64,000 bases of DNA from Chrysomallon squamiferum (taxonomy: Eukaryota > Animalia > Mollusca). The stretch is from NCBI GenBank assembly GCA_012295275.1, contig CM022672.1:14570001-14634000 (forward strand), written 5' to 3'. The first letter of the stretch is position 1; every line of letters begins with the position of its first letter. The notes beneath the pieces are model-generated. The model had not been told where the DNA came from, did no database searches, and saw nothing but the letters and a program-made list of their open reading frames with translations. Below, piece by piece: positions 44,345 to 60,565 of this stretch. Position numbers and translations under genes: made by a program.

Positions 44345-44485
44345 TCGTCAATCATCCGCAAATGTCATCAAAATATTTATATTGCGAGATGGGCGGACCT
44401 GTTGCAAAAAACCCCGCGTTTTCATTGGTTGCTGGGAGGCGCTTAACCAGTTACAAATGCGCTTTGAATGGCCTGCAATTGGCTG
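44345..44485 (-). promoter_or_regulatory. Putative Nkx6 core/proximal promoter
   Basis: Minus-strand TATAAATA at 44381-44374, GC box GGGCGG at 44391-44396, and two minus-strand CCAAT boxes at 44428-44424 and 44482-44478. Order and spacing fit a TSS near 44350. Confidence 0.65.
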
Positions 44486-45015
44486 GAAAGATCGCGATAA
44501 CAGAATGATTAGGTCGCTGATATTAAACTGCTTTTCTTTATTTCTTACAACTCTCTGTGTAATAATATTTGATTCTGTGCTCACGCTAAGGTATACACGT
44601 GTATTTTTTAAGCAAAGTATTAAAAAAAAAAAAAAAAAAAATATGTGTAAAAAATACGTGAAACAACACATTATTTGTCCGTCGTCTCGTATATAAAATA
44701 TTTCTCACACTAAATTTCATCTTGCGATCATAATCTTCACGTATATGTTACTAATGGTATTACAATATAGCTTTATCTGCAGCAGTTCATAATACTTTAT
44801 TTTTTCAGTGCCTTTTTTTGTTTGTTTGTTTGTTTGTTGTTTTGTATTATTTGTTTAGTTATTCAGTTATAATGACTTATTTTTACCATCAACATCATCA
44901 TCGTCATTAGTATCATTCATTATTATTTATTTATTTATTTATTTTATTTTATTATTATTATTATTACCATCATCATGTTGTTGTTATTATTATTATTGTT
45001 ATTATTATTATTATT

Positions 45016-45054
<39 letters not shown>

Positions 45055-45361
45055 ATTGTTATTATTATTATTATTATTATTATTTATTATTTAGCTTCTT
45101 TCCTCAAAATGTAAATTACTCATCATTTTTATCATCATCCTGTCATTATCATAAAAATATATCTATAAAAAATACATGTATATATTTTTTTTTAATAAAT
45201 TATTTTTTCGGACCCGATTAATAACATAATTCTTTATTATGAATATTCATAATTTATATAAAACATTTATTCATCAATTACAATATTAAAAATATATTTT
45301 CTTTTTACTGTATTTCATATTCTTGTCCTTCTTCTTCTTCTTCTTCTTCTTCTTCTTCTTC

Positions 45362-45427
<66 letters not shown>

Positions 45428-45457
45428 TTATTTATTTTTTATTTTTTGTTGTTGTTG

Positions 45458-45511
<54 letters not shown>

Positions 45512-45723
45512 GTTTCATTATCATGATCATAATCACAATTTTTACTATTGTTGTTGTCATAACTGGTACTGTCATCACTATTATCACATAATACCACTAC
45601 ACTATTACTATGAACATCATCATCAGCTTTATCATTACCACCCACATGACCATCATCATCATCGCCGTTATAATCATCATCATCGTCATCATCATCATCA
45701 TCATCATCATTATTATTATTATT

Positions 45724-45769
<46 letters not shown>

Positions 45770-45785
45770 TTTATTATTATTATTA

Positions 45786-45846
<61 letters not shown>

Positions 45847-46787
45847 AATTTATGCCTATCTTTTTTTAACACTCTTTTCTGCTATTATTTATAATCATCC
45901 TTTTTTTTTTTTTTCTTTTTTTTATCTTCTTTTTATGTAGCCCATTTAGATCACAAGACAAAAGTGGATATTAATGGTGTGCGTGATGCACGCCTCTTTA
46001 AAACCAAACGTGTGCAAACCATTGATAAAAACAGCCAACGTTCTTCACACCCAATCTTCATTCGACAATTAACACAAAGTTCCATTTCAAAGGCCTGCCC
46101 AATGGTTTCTATAGTGATTGGGATATAATGTATTCAATGATGTGACCCGCTATACAACGACAGCTCCATTCAGGAAGACGGTTTAGTGTTTGGCTTGAAT
46201 AGAACCTTATCGAGTCGACAGCCTTTTCAAACACGGTTTTATTTCGTCTCGATGCCGCCATACATAATAAATCCGTATTAATTTTGATTATTCCCAGCTC
46301 GTTTTGCTAAGATCTTTTGTCTTATAGCAGAACTCGGAGGAGATACAAAATGCCCGACCTGTGATTTTCTTTTTTTTTTCTTTTTCTCTTTTTTTTTTTT
46401 TTTCTCTTTTATTTTTTCCCCTTCTGTTGACTGTATATTTTCTGGCAAATTTAAAAAAAAAAAAAAAAAAAAAAATATTAAAAAAAATCATTTTTTTTAT
46501 AATTCAACAAGAAAGATATACGGAAAACACTTTTTTAATTTTCAAACCATGAAATTTAATGTCAGGGGAATTTTTTTTTTTTTTTTTATTATTATTATTA
46601 TTGTTATTTATCCAAGTGAGATAAATTTGTCGGATTTTGAAAATTTATGTCTCGTTTAAATTCGTGACGATATTGATGATTCATGAAACGAGCTGGAGAT
46701 AGGGCTGTTTTCAGTTTATAACAAAAATAAATAGAATAGAATAAAACAGAACAGTATAATACAGTCATGTTATTCTCTTTAACATTG

Positions 46788-46824
<37 letters not shown>

Positions 46825-47082
46825 CAACAACAAAATAATAACAACAGTAATAATGACGATAATAACAACAACCTAGTAATAATAATAATAATAATAATAA
46901 TAAAGGTGTTGCATATTAAGATGATAATATAAAAAAATAAAAATAAAGTTTATGATTCTGCCTTTTGTGTTTTATTATGTTTGTCATCTTAATATAACAA
47001 TAATTATTTCTACGGTCTTAACCTTTTTATTTATTTATTTATTTAGTAGTAATAGTAGTAGAATATTAATAGCAGCTTGTAA

Positions 47083-47145
<63 letters not shown>

Positions 47146-50100
47146 GACGAGTTTTTCCAATGTTAAGAGGCTATTTAAATTTTAAAATTATAATTTTTTA
47201 TAAAGTAATGAGAAAATTTCATTTTCCTTTTTTTAATATTTTAATTTCTGACTAATGAAATTAGCATCTTGTTTATATTAACGTTGTCGATTACATTTAC
47301 TAATTTAAATTATTCTTTTAAAATCTAAATAAAATATGAATATTTTCTTTATAACAGCAATATAAATAAATTAATAAATAAATAAGAAAAAAATCATGTC
47401 AAAAAAGTTTTAAAAAGTATAAGAAAAAGAAAATATTTAAGAAAATAGAAATAAAAAAAAAAATATATATATATATATGAATTATTACTGTGGAAAGATG
47501 CAACAACAATCGGTATAATTTCTCTATCTGTCAATCGATCTGTCTGTCTGTCTTCTATATATCCTTATTTATCTCTATACCCTACAGTGTAGTGTATGTA
47601 TAAGTAAACAGAGTAACCCATCTGTAATTTTACGTATAACTGTATTCATTATTTAATTTTGTAAGCTAAATACTGATATTAAAAACTAATATTAATCTGT
47701 AGTATTTAGAAATACTAAATAAGCAGAGACGAATTAGTATTAAATAACAAAATTGCAAATATTTTTTACATTAGGCCATTTCGTTTTCTAATATCTTAAA
47801 CATTCATTTATTCATTCATCAATGTTTGAAATTAAAATGCATTACTGCGTCTTATTATTTATATATATATATATGTATATATCCTTGAATAACGGAGAAC
47901 AGTTTCAACATTTAATAATGGTTAATACCATTAAAACATTAAGCAAATATTTATTTATTCATTCATTTACTTATAATATCAAAATATACACGAAAAAAAA
48001 AATTACATTGTGATTTGCTTATTATGATATATATATATAAATACACACATTTGGCAATATTTTCTTTTTCTACATAAAATATTATAGTTTTATTTTTATT
48101 AACCCGAAATTTAAATATCATAATAATTATTAACAAAGGTATGCTTGAGAAAAATATTTTAAAAAATAGGATATAATAAAAGAATTATTTTTAATAGATT
48201 TTATTTGTATTATATTTTAAGATAATATATAATAAAAACAATGTCATTTTAACGAAAGAAACGAAAATACCACAATTCTACCAAAACAAAATCGATTTAA
48301 TCAAAAAAAAAAAAAAAACAAAAAAACTGCACACTTTTTGAAGTTATTTGATTCTAAAAGCTATTATTATAAACTGATATATGTAATTAATATAATTAAT
48401 ATGTGTGTGTGTATGTCTGTATGTATGTGTATTGTTTTGCTTAACTTATAAATTGCAACGCTGTGTAAATGCATACTAATGCATCATCTTTCTCTAATAT
48501 GTGTATGTATATAAATTTTATATATATATAAACATATACAAACATATAAAATGTGTTAGAATTATGTAACTTTATAAACTTGTATGTAGTTTTTCTAAGT
48601 ATTATGTGGTTAAATCGTTTCTCTTTCGACAGAACTGTACCACTTTTTATTTTCGATATAATGATACTGTTTGTGTTTTTAATTAATTTAGAATATGATT
48701 AACATGAAATCTATTAAAATTATATATCACACAAATAACGCAAAGAGGACATACTGACCTGAATAGAATTCCACAGCCTAATTTAACACCGACTTTCAAG
48801 CTAATGACGTAATATGATTTTTGACTGTGACGTCGTAATAACAATAAGCAATATTCCGAGCATCTAGATGCGTCCCACTTTCTTAAACGGTGAGCTAATT
48901 GTTGTCTTTACGTGTTTGTTTGTAGTTATTGTTTTATGAGGATGATTCGCAAAAACGCACACTCTCTTGCACAAGTAATACAGTAATATAAAAGTGTTTT
49001 TGGCACACATAATCAGGCTGCAGGGATCTGTGCCAGATGTATATTTATTTTTCACTGGATGTTACAATAATTATTTCAAATGGTTATTTAACTGGTAGAA
49101 TAGCTAAACTCATTTACAGTAATAATTATATACTTCATAATGGTGCTACTGCTGCTCTTACTACTACGTGTGTTACTGCTACTGTTACCGCTTCTGCTAC
49201 TATTACTGTTACATCTATCTTTGCTACTGTTACTACCACTACCATCACTACTACTACGTCTATTGCTACTGCTACTATTATTGCTACTGTTACATCTGTT
49301 ACTATAACTCGTGCTACTACTACTACTGCTGCTACTACTGCTACAATTACCACTTTTACTATTACTACTACTACTACTATTGCTACTGCTACTACTACTA
49401 CTAATAATAATAATAATAATTCAGCTATAACAATAATCTCAAGTATAACAGCTTTTACTTTTACTACTACTACTGTTGTTGCTACTGCTTCTACTACTAC
49501 TAATAATAATAATAATTCAGCTGTAACAAGTATAACATCTTTTAGACGATGACGACGAACACAACGTCAATGACGACGACTACGACGGTGATTTCACTAA
49601 CAAAAAATAAAACAGGTACGGAACAGCATTTTAAATAATATCAATTTATCTCCGTATTTTTCCTGGTTAGTATAAAGGAAAACTTTCACATTCTGAAACA
49701 TTTTCTTGCAAACTTTCTCTCTAACTCTTTCTAAATACTATTTTCTTTTTAAAAAAAAATAAAAAATAAAAAATAAAAAAAAAACGAAATAAAAACACTT
49801 GGTGGTCGGAAGCCAGTTCTAAAACATGGATTCCGATGACAGATGTTTCTGCGTTATGTTATTGCAACGACGTCAAACAACACGTCGCGCTGCAGTCGGT
49901 GTTTATAGACTACTACGTTTCGACGTCTGCAAAGTTTTACCATTTATACGAGTTTTGTCCCCGCAATTCGCAAGACGCAGCACCTGCGATAATGAACCAT
50001 TTTACAGCCGTGTTGATAATTTTGCGGTACTTCGCTGTAGTCTATATGCGGAATTTATGTCGCAAAGCAAGCAAAATATTACACCGTGTCTATAAACCCA

Positions 50101-50267
50101 TTATTTTCTTGTTGTTTATCGCTCATAATGTACAGTTCTTGAGAAATAAAACATCTCTATATGAAATCTGCACGGGGCCCTTTCAGGGTGGCATTAATCT
50201 TTTAGTTTTCATAACGGAAGAAAGTAAAATAAAAGCCGCAATGAAAAAGGTTTAACGACACACTTTG

Positions 50268-50535
<268 letters not shown>

Positions 50536-51058
50536 TGGGAGTGATATTACACGTTCAAGATATATTAAACGTATCTTAAGAGTAAGTTCGTGATATTTTG
50601 TCAGTTATATTCGTTCAGTTCGAAAAGGCTGTTGTAGCTCCGTGATTGGGAAAGGGAGATTTTTGTCTGAAATGTGATGTATTTTAGGATCAGGTCTTCT
50701 TATTAATACAGAGACATATAAATATACATACACACATACATACTACAAAAATACATATTATACACGCAGCGACAGACACACGCACATACAGCCAGACATA
50801 CATACATGCAGGCCTACATACATACATATATACATACAGGCAGACAGACTGACAGACAGTCTCTCTCACACACATATATACATACACTCTTTACATATAA
50901 AAGTTAAATGCATAAACAAGCAGATAACCCAATCCAATTCTCGTCACCCGTTTAAGGCCTCACCGATGAATGGAACAATAATCATAGGAATATGGCGTCG
51001 AGAGAGAGGAGGAGAATAAAAAAAGAGTCGAGTGCTCCGCACTGTTCATCTCGCAAGG

Positions 51059-51067
51059 TGGGTGGTC
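51059..51067 (+). promoter_or_regulatory. Perfect Gli/Ci consensus site TGGGTGGTC (GACCACCCA)
   Basis: Exact 9-mer match in a unique-sequence island about 7 kb upstream of the ATG. Function is untested. Confidence 0.4.
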
Positions 51068-51505
51068 TGCGAGAATACAAAAACATACAGAGACAAAATG
51101 ATCTATTGCCGCTATATAAACCATCTTGTTGCTTGCGTGCAACATAAATAATTTTCACGCGTTTGTATGTATGCTTCGCCGATAGGCAACAAATAGGTGT
51201 TATAGATATTCAATATGTGAAAATTTACTGTGCGGTATTTCGGCTTCTGGTATACGTATTATGCGAATCTGGAGAGCGAGAGCAGGTCCTTTTGTTTTGT
51301 TTATTTAGCAAATAGAGATGCAGATTTGGTTTCTGCCTTCCCTGCCAGCGGCCGTTTTAGATTCAAGTACGGCTGTCTTGGACACGGTTTTTGCCTGCAG
51401 AAGTAGCTTAGTAAAGAACATACGTTATTATATATAGATACGAATATACACGTCCGAACGTACATACATGCATTCTTATCTGTTTGCGTATTTGTCTCTT
51501 CTGTC

Positions 51506-51541
<36 letters not shown>

Positions 51542-51795
51542 CTGAATTTCATGATTAATAATATTAATATGCTGAACTATCATCAGTGTAGTAGCAACAG
51601 AGGTGATATTAGTTTTTTCGTTTTAGTGTTATTATTACTGATATTATTATTACTACTACTGCAACTAATATCATTATTATTGTTGTTCTTCCTGTGGTAT
51701 TTTATAGAAGTAACATAAAGAAGTGAAACAGAAGAATAAAAATATGATAGCATAGTAATAGCAGAATCAGCTGCAGTAGCAGTAGCAGTAGCAAT

Positions 51796-51830
<35 letters not shown>

Positions 51831-53439
51831 TAGTAGTAAAAATAGCAGCAGCAGTAAGTAGTTCTAGTAGTAGCAATAGTAGCGACAGTAGTAGTAGTAG
51901 TAGTAGCAGCAGCAGTAGCCGCAACATAAGCATCAGTGATAATTCTAATGATATTTAGACAAGCAAAATACTAAACATCATTGAACAAGTATCAGTGATA
52001 ATAATTATAATAAGCAGAGACATAAATAAAATAAAATAATAATAATAATATGGATGGATGGTCAGAAATTCCAAGATAATCGTACTCTCTCTTCTTCTTC
52101 TTCTTCTTCTTCTTCATCTTCTTCTTCTCTCTCTCTCTCTCTCTCTTTCTTTCTCTCTTTCTCTCTTTTCTTTAATCTCTCCCCAAAAACCTACTCCCTC
52201 TGTTTCTCACAAACACACTCATTCACACATAAACAAAAATTTACTGCATATAATTTTACAAAAGAAAAGATTTATTTGATTCGTGGCCTAGGTTTAAATG
52301 TTCTTTTACTGCGTAAAAAGTCTAAAAACGAACTTAATCTTTTAAGACAACCGCTGTGTATTAATAACTAATGTCTTTGCATTTAGTCATTAGAGACTGC
52401 TAAGCATAGATTTTACTCAAATCTAATCTATCCAGAATAATTTGTATTTTTCACTCATTAAAAATGTCAGCTATATAGATAGTCATTAAATACAATTAAA
52501 TATTCTTGATAACACTTGACCATTTTTTTTTTTTTTTTTTTTTTTGTTAGCCCTGATAAATTTTAATGTGTCAAACTCGAAAAAAAGGCAAATTTAATAT
52601 TATAAAAAAGAAATGGCAAATTTAATATTAAAAAAAAAAAAAAAAGAAGAAGAAGAAAGATGAAGTTTTTCTCCGCGTTTATCTGATTTCGTAATAAAAT
52701 TTGTGTTTGACATTTTCACGTGTCTGAACCTAACATTTAGAGCGATGTCATTAATTTGGTCAAATTTAATGTTCTTTAAATGGAACCGTTTAATAACGTA
52801 ATAGCATAGAAGTGTATGTCTGTATGTTTATATATAATTAAATGTATGAGGATGTGTTTGTGTGTGTGTGTATATATGTGTGTGTGACTGCGTGACAAGT
52901 TCATGCACATGTGTATGTATGATTGTGTATATGTCTATATATATAAAGATTTTTAAAACAATTATTTCCATTAAATTAATTTTTACGATTTTTTTCTTCC
53001 ATATCTCTTTTTCTTCCTCTTATATCTTGTTCTTTCAAATGATTATTTCATTAGAGTATATTTTACATACAAGCATTTATTTATTAAACATTCATTTATT
53101 ACACAGTGCATGGCAGACTTTTTAGACCAACGCTCTCTTCATGAAATCATTAGTTTCTCACTGACCCCACAAACATGTCAAAAAAAAAAAAAAAAAAATG
53201 TTATCGATAATAAATTTGTCTAATTTAAAAATAAGTTAGTTTTGAAAATTTCCAAAAAAAGAAAATAATAATAATAATAATAATAAATAGTTAAAAATTT
53301 CATTTTTTTTTTTTTTTTTTAAAATCTTTAAACACACTTTTTTTGTATCCTATACATTTATCGAACCCTTGGACAGTCCCCTGATTTAAACGGATAATGA
53401 TAATAATAATAATAACAATAACAACAACAATAACAGTAG

Positions 53440-53480
<41 letters not shown>

Positions 53481-54509
53481 TAATAATAATAATAACAATT
53501 GCAGTAATAATGATGATCATGGTTTTGGTTATGGTCGAGATCTTGGTGGTTGAGTGATAGTAATCTTATTACACGTTTGTTATAAAGTTGTAACTGTTAC
53601 CCACTACAAAGTATCTCATGTGTTAACAGTTTAATCACAGAAGAACATGGTGTTACGGAATTACGAGTTCAGATTAAGACGTATCATTGTGCCGATGACG
53701 TAATAGGAAGACACCCTCAGAAGTCATCAGCTAACTACAGCACGTGTCATTACGTCACATTAGACTGTTACCAAAACGTTAATTAAAATCGGCTGCAAAC
53801 ACCTGTATTCACAATGACTTAACGAAAACTGCAGTTCTAAAGAGGTTACGTCAAAGCTTCGCGCTCTGTCACGTGACATCGTGATTCGACTGGTTCGGGT
53901 CCGTTTGCTTGCTCTTTTGGGGGGAAAAGTTTAGCGGAACGAATAGCGGTTTCAGGTCATTGTATGGCGATTGACACCAACGTGTGTTTTAGAGGTAGAG
54001 TTCACCTCCTGCGTTGTTCACTCGTCTACCAGGGTAGAATTAACGAAGCTTATCCCCCCCTCGTACATTAGTAACTAACAGGGTTGCTGTCAAACCTCAG
54101 TGTGACTGCTTGTGTCACCCGGAGAGCTTTTTATAAATATCCCTAACCATCACCATTCCAACAACATTAGTACAGCCCACTCATTAAAGATGCGCTGCTT
54201 TTTTTTTTTTTTTCATTGGCTACGTTTTAATCGTATTACGTATCAAATACTCTTTTGCGCTTTCTCGTTATGTGTTTTTGCAAAGTACCGTGTTGTAACT
54301 GTAACTAAATTCAAGGACTTCTTAATATTATTTATTTATCCTTTTAGGACACTTACGAGCTTCTGTAAAATTGTGCAGCAGCGTCATGAAACAGTCGTTT
54401 ATTCTTCAACTCTTACACTGTGTCGCAAACTGAATAATCTGCACTTCTTATACGTGCGCACTTTCTTAACGTAACCGGCGAATAACTGAGAGTTTTAGCA
54501 GTGCATGAT

Positions 54510-54593
<84 letters not shown>

Positions 54594-54719
54594 ATGACCG
54601 ACTCTCCCCCTCATAATTATAAGACATTTGATTTATTTTCGTTACAGAATTCAAGCTTCATTTCATACATTTACGATTGATTAGCAGTATTTTTTTTGTT
54701 GTTGTTGTTGTTGTTGTTG

Positions 54720-54807
<88 letters not shown>

Positions 54808-57158
54808 GTTACTGTTACTGTTACTGTTATTATCATGTCTTTTAGCAAACAGCATCACAATAAATAACATGTGGAAAGTATCTCTCTTTTTTTTTTTTTT
54901 TTTTTTCCGATTGTTATAAACATCCAGCAAAATAATCACATCAAGCATGGCCCTCGTGATATATCTGAATTTAAAAAAAAAATAACAAATGCATTAATCT
55001 CGAAATCTCTTTAATTGTACAACTCCGGTGTGAATCGATCCCGCGACCTCTGGCTCGCTGGGTGGCACTCTCTGCCGGCAGGCAAGGTGAAAGACGACAT
55101 AACTTTGCACATACGTCGCTCGTTCGTTCTGTCTCACTGTGAAAGCCGCGTTGTTATTTCTAAAGCCTTTGCTGTCGGATTTGCTGATGGAATTGGTCGA
55201 TTTTTATGGATGGGCACCCTGATCGATTGCAGAGATGCACCGCGATCGTTTCATTTAATTTACACATAAATCACGTGACCATGCGAGCAGAGCAAACTAA
55301 ATCAGACCTGGAAGAATTAAGTCGAAATATTATTTAAGATAAGAAAGAAAATTTGCCCGAAAGGCGTCGCTGATGATACGGAATCTCCATGCATAAAATG
55401 ACAATTCGGTCCCGATCTCTGACCCGCCGCGATATCGGCTTGTCCTATCTCGACAATAAAATGCTTTTCATCCCCCGGAATATAGATGCAAACAATCAGG
55501 CCTTAATCCGATCTGTTAGACAGCATTTGCCTCATCATAAATCTCATCAATTAAGTTTTATCTGTTTCGCCATTTGGCGAAGTGATCTGCCTAATGGGGT
55601 GAATAAATCAAGCGACGGATCGACCTATCAAACAATGGCGCTTAATGACGGAATGGAGAATTGAACACATGCATTGGTGAGCCAGATTTAGTCTGAGTGG
55701 TGAAGTCACGGGGAAATTAAATCGGTTAGCTGAAAAACACGTCATGGAAGTGCTGCAGTTTTGCAGCCCGCAGTCCAAGGAAATTTCTTTTTGATGCTGT
55801 TGTTGTTGTTGTTGTTTTTATTGTTGTTGGTTTTTTTTTTTGTGTTGTTGTTTTGGGTGGGTTTTTTTTTTTCTACCGTGGATCGTGTTGCGGTGAACTT
55901 GCGTAATTTGCAGTGGTGTGGTTTGATGTGGTTTTGAATGATGGTGTAGAGTTGTTATGTTATGGTGTGGTGTTGTCTGCTATGGTGTAGTGTAGTTCAC
56001 TGCAGTGTATTGTTGTGTAGTATATAGTAGTGTGGTGCAGTCTGGTATATTTAATGTTGAACTGTGAAGGATGGTGTGATGTAGTATAGTGTAATGTAGT
56101 ACAGTGTTGTGTGAACAGTTTTGTTTAATGTTGTATAATGTAGTGGTGCTTGGTGTATAATGTAGTACAATAAAATGTAATGTAATGTAATGCAGTGCAG
56201 TGTAGTTTAAGATGTACTGAAATACAGTATAGCGTGGTTTGATGTAGTCTAGAATGGAATGGTATAATAATATAAAGCAAAATTGATGTAATTTCGCGCA
56301 GTGTAATGTATATACTTGGAAAAGCACATACGTGTAATACACATTCAGAGAGTGCTAGCGAGAAAGAAAAGCTCAGATACATTACAAACTAAACGCAGTA
56401 ATGAACAAAACAGACGTAACAGTTTTACACACAATCAAAAATGAAACAGAAGAGAATTAATAAGGAGAGTTCACACACAAATCAGTGAATTTTTTTCTTT
56501 ATATTTTTCTTTTTTCTTTCTACTGTAGTCATAAATTAAAACTAATTTCTTTGTGCAGAAAAAAAAAAAAAAAAAAAAAAAAAAGAAGAGAGAGAGACAA
56601 AGACTTATTTGTTCTGTTGAGATGTCAGTAAACATCGAGCTCTGTGCATTTCTAATACTCAGCATCATCAATCTAAGCCGAATCGCATTTAAAATTAATT
56701 GGCGATTATTCTCCTAAGTGCTTTTGCATTTACAACGAAGCAGCCCTTACGACTTTGTGATACCATCAAGCCGCTATTGTGCGGCCCGAAACCAAGACGA
56801 TGGAGTTCTCTGATGCCATTTAAAAGTTTCTCCTCATTTCCATCCCGGCTAATAGGTTTGGGTCAATATTGCGCACCATGAGATGAATTCTTGGCTATTA
56901 AGGTGGAGAAATGAAGGGTATTTAGCTGACAGCTGACTGCAAAGGTTCCATTCAGCCAATTATTACATCTGTAAAACTTTGGACAACTCACAAGACGGTC
57001 GGCGTCTTGGGGATTTGGCAAATTTGTCTTTACGTCAAGGCATCTCGGAATAGAGTTGTCTCCACTTGAGAGATAAAAAAAAGAGCAGTTTACTTCTTTC
57101 TTTCTTTCTTTCTTTTGATTGTTGTCAAGAAAAATTTTATTCTTGTTTTTATTTACTT

Positions 57159-57208
<50 letters not shown>

Positions 57209-57445
57209 CGATTTCATATTTATGAATATATTTTATTTTATTTGAGAAAGAAAATGAACAACTGTCTAGACATTCTTTTCTTGATTTTTTTTTCTCTTGA
57301 TTTTTTTTTTCTTTTCATGTGTAAACATTTCTACAAATTTGTTTTAAAATATATTATTATTTTCAATTTGTCTCTTACCAATAACTTTATTATTAATTAA
57401 ATATGATATGTACATGCGCGCGTGTGTTTTGGGAGTTTTTAAAAT

Positions 57446-57508
<63 letters not shown>

Positions 57509-58419
57509 TTTTTGTATTGTTGTAGTTGTTGTTGTTGTTTTTTCTACTAGGTTATTTCTACTAAAATAATCTTTACATCCATGTCATTTGAAAAACACCA
57601 CAATTGATTATTATTTAAAAAAAAAAAACAAAAAAAAATTCGTTTAATTTTGCATTTGGTAAAGCAATAGTTATCTTATTATTATTTATTATTTTTAAAT
57701 AAACTGTGTATGTGTGAGTGTGTGTGATACATTTTTACCATAGTCTATGACAGGAAAAACAAAATAACTGCAGACACTCACCAGTTTAGGTAAGTGTTTC
57801 GTCCTGCCAAATACTAAGTGTACGTCAAATTATGCAGATGTTTGATCATACACTACACAGAGTATTCACCTATTACAAACACACGGCAATTACAGTCATT
57901 TTAATTTATATATATATACACACACATACACATATTTCTCACGTACACACATAAACTCACATTACATCCATGCACACACAGATACATACATGCACACATT
58001 ATTATCGTTCGTACATATACGTACATAAATCATAAATGCATATACACATAATCATTCCAACACTCATATATTCCACAAGCATATTATTATTATTATTTTT
58101 ATTATTTTTTTAAAGCTAAGAGGGAACTGAAGCGAACGTAGAACCTAGATTTGACGGAAATGTTCGTAAATTAAATATAATTTTATGTGCATATGTTCGG
58201 TTTATTGAATATGTTAGTAATATGTTGGTAACATGTTGTTATGTTATTATGCATATGCTTGCGAAATATCTGAGTGTTCGTATGAGATTATATGCATATG
58301 CATTTATGATGCATGTATATGCACGTACGAATGTTAATAATGTGTGCATGAATGTGTTTGTACGCGTGCACTGATGTAATATGAGTTTACGTGTGAAAAT
58401 GTGAATTGTGGTATTCGTG

Positions 58420-58457
<38 letters not shown>

Positions 58458-59545
58458 CACACATACATATACATATACATACATACATATATATATCTGT
58501 TGACTTTCTTTTTCTCAGAGTATCAGTGTTGCGTTTTCCATTAGGCGTACCCTGTGACTCTAATTCGCTGTTTGATTGCACAGTCGAGTCTGTTGTTACA
58601 AACAAGCAATAGCAGCGCTCTTTTCCGCGACCTGCAAGAACAGTTATCTCGAATCGAGCATCGTGTTTGGCCAAAATATATTCTCCACGTTAAAAAGGCC
58701 ACACTTCCTCTCGTACTAGATCTGAAATACATAAAGAGAGATACATATACACACACATACATATATATATAAGTGCGGCATACGTAAGTCATTATCAGAT
58801 TTTGTCGCTTGTTTCTTGCTTGTTGTAAAATGCTTTATTCAAGTTGTATTTACTTTTTTTTTTTGCCCCGCGTCTGAATGTTTTGTAGCCAAGTGACCGA
58901 GTGGGAAGAAAACCGATAACATTATCTGTTAGTGTTTCATGTGCAAGTTTGTTGTTGTAATTGTTTGTGTATGGATGGATGCATGTGTTTTTTGGATTAT
59001 GTATGTATGGGTGTGTGTGTGTATGGAAGGAAGGATATATAGATGAATGGTTGGATAGATCTTTGTGGATGTATGTACGTAAGGACGTATGTATGTATGC
59101 ATATATATATATACAGTGTGTATGTGTGTGTGTGTGTGTGTGTTTTAAGGCATGTCTGTATACATGCATGCATGTATGAGTGGTATGCAAATAGGGATGG
59201 ATGGATAAATGAATGATTCATATATGTTAGAGTGTGTTTGCAAGTACGTAGATAAGTAGCTCGGCGAGCAGGTATGTAAATGTATCTGTGTCTGTGTATC
59301 TATGAATGTGAACCTATCTATATAAACACACTAAATGAAAAAAAAAACCATCAAAAATGAGAAGAAAAGGAACAGACGGATAAATTAACTGATCTGGACA
59401 GCTCATCTAAATCAAAGAAGAATATTACTTTACTAGCAATAACAACACGAAAATAATACTATAGGAAAATTAAAGAAATGAAAGTCATATAAACATGTCA
59501 GTTATAGAACTAATTTCTAATGCCAATACATCATAACAGTAATCA

Positions 59546-59639
<94 letters not shown>

Positions 59640-60006
59640 CTAAACGCTTAGCATGATAGACAAACAGGTGGACGTCACAAACAGCTACGCAGCTTTTAAA
59701 CACCAACGCGACAACGTCGACAGAGCGTCGGGTAAAAGGTAAATAAGACATCTACGGTGAAGTGTTTGTTACGGCTTTCCTGACTCATCGAGTGCCAACC
59801 CAGCTCTGTAATTCAGGCGTTTGCCGTACACCGTGCAGTGGGACAGGCAGTCAGCAAGGCTTGGCAGTGTTACGAAGAGGAAATTCCTAAAGTTAATTAA
59901 CACGAGTTTGTTTCTGTGACTGTTTTAACAAACTCAGTCATTCCACCTGTTTCATCAATGATACAGAATGACGCACATCCGTGAACGCCTTATACATGTT
60001 ACTCTG

Positions 60007-60043
<37 letters not shown>

Positions 60044-60059
60044 CTCTCTGTCTGTGTGT

Positions 60060-60149
<90 letters not shown>

Positions 60150-60168
60150 GAGAGAGAGAGAGATCTAT

Positions 60169-60220
<52 letters not shown>

Positions 60221-60565
60221 GGCTGGATAGGCATATGTAACTTCCTCAAGGAAACACAAATAGGTCATAAAATTTAAATGCAATAAAAAATATATAAATA
60301 ACACCTAATAAAAACATTAAAAAATAAATTAAAAATTGTCAAGACTGTCATCAGATTTTCGCCAAACAAAATACTGACAGTGGTAGCAATGATAATTTGC
60401 AGTTTTCTTTATTATAATATTTTAATTTAAATTCTGACTGAGAATGCTTTGCTGGCAGAGATATATATTCTTAATACAGCGGCAAAGAAAACTGACAAAA
60501 TGTAATTGTAATTTTATTTTAAAAAATGGGTATATATAGCAGCCACATATATTTCTTTTTTTTTC

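Noticed and set aside
49037-49552. Thr/Ala-rich mucin-like 171 aa ORF
   Set aside because: A degenerate (ACT/GCT)n microsatellite with no signal peptide or exon support.
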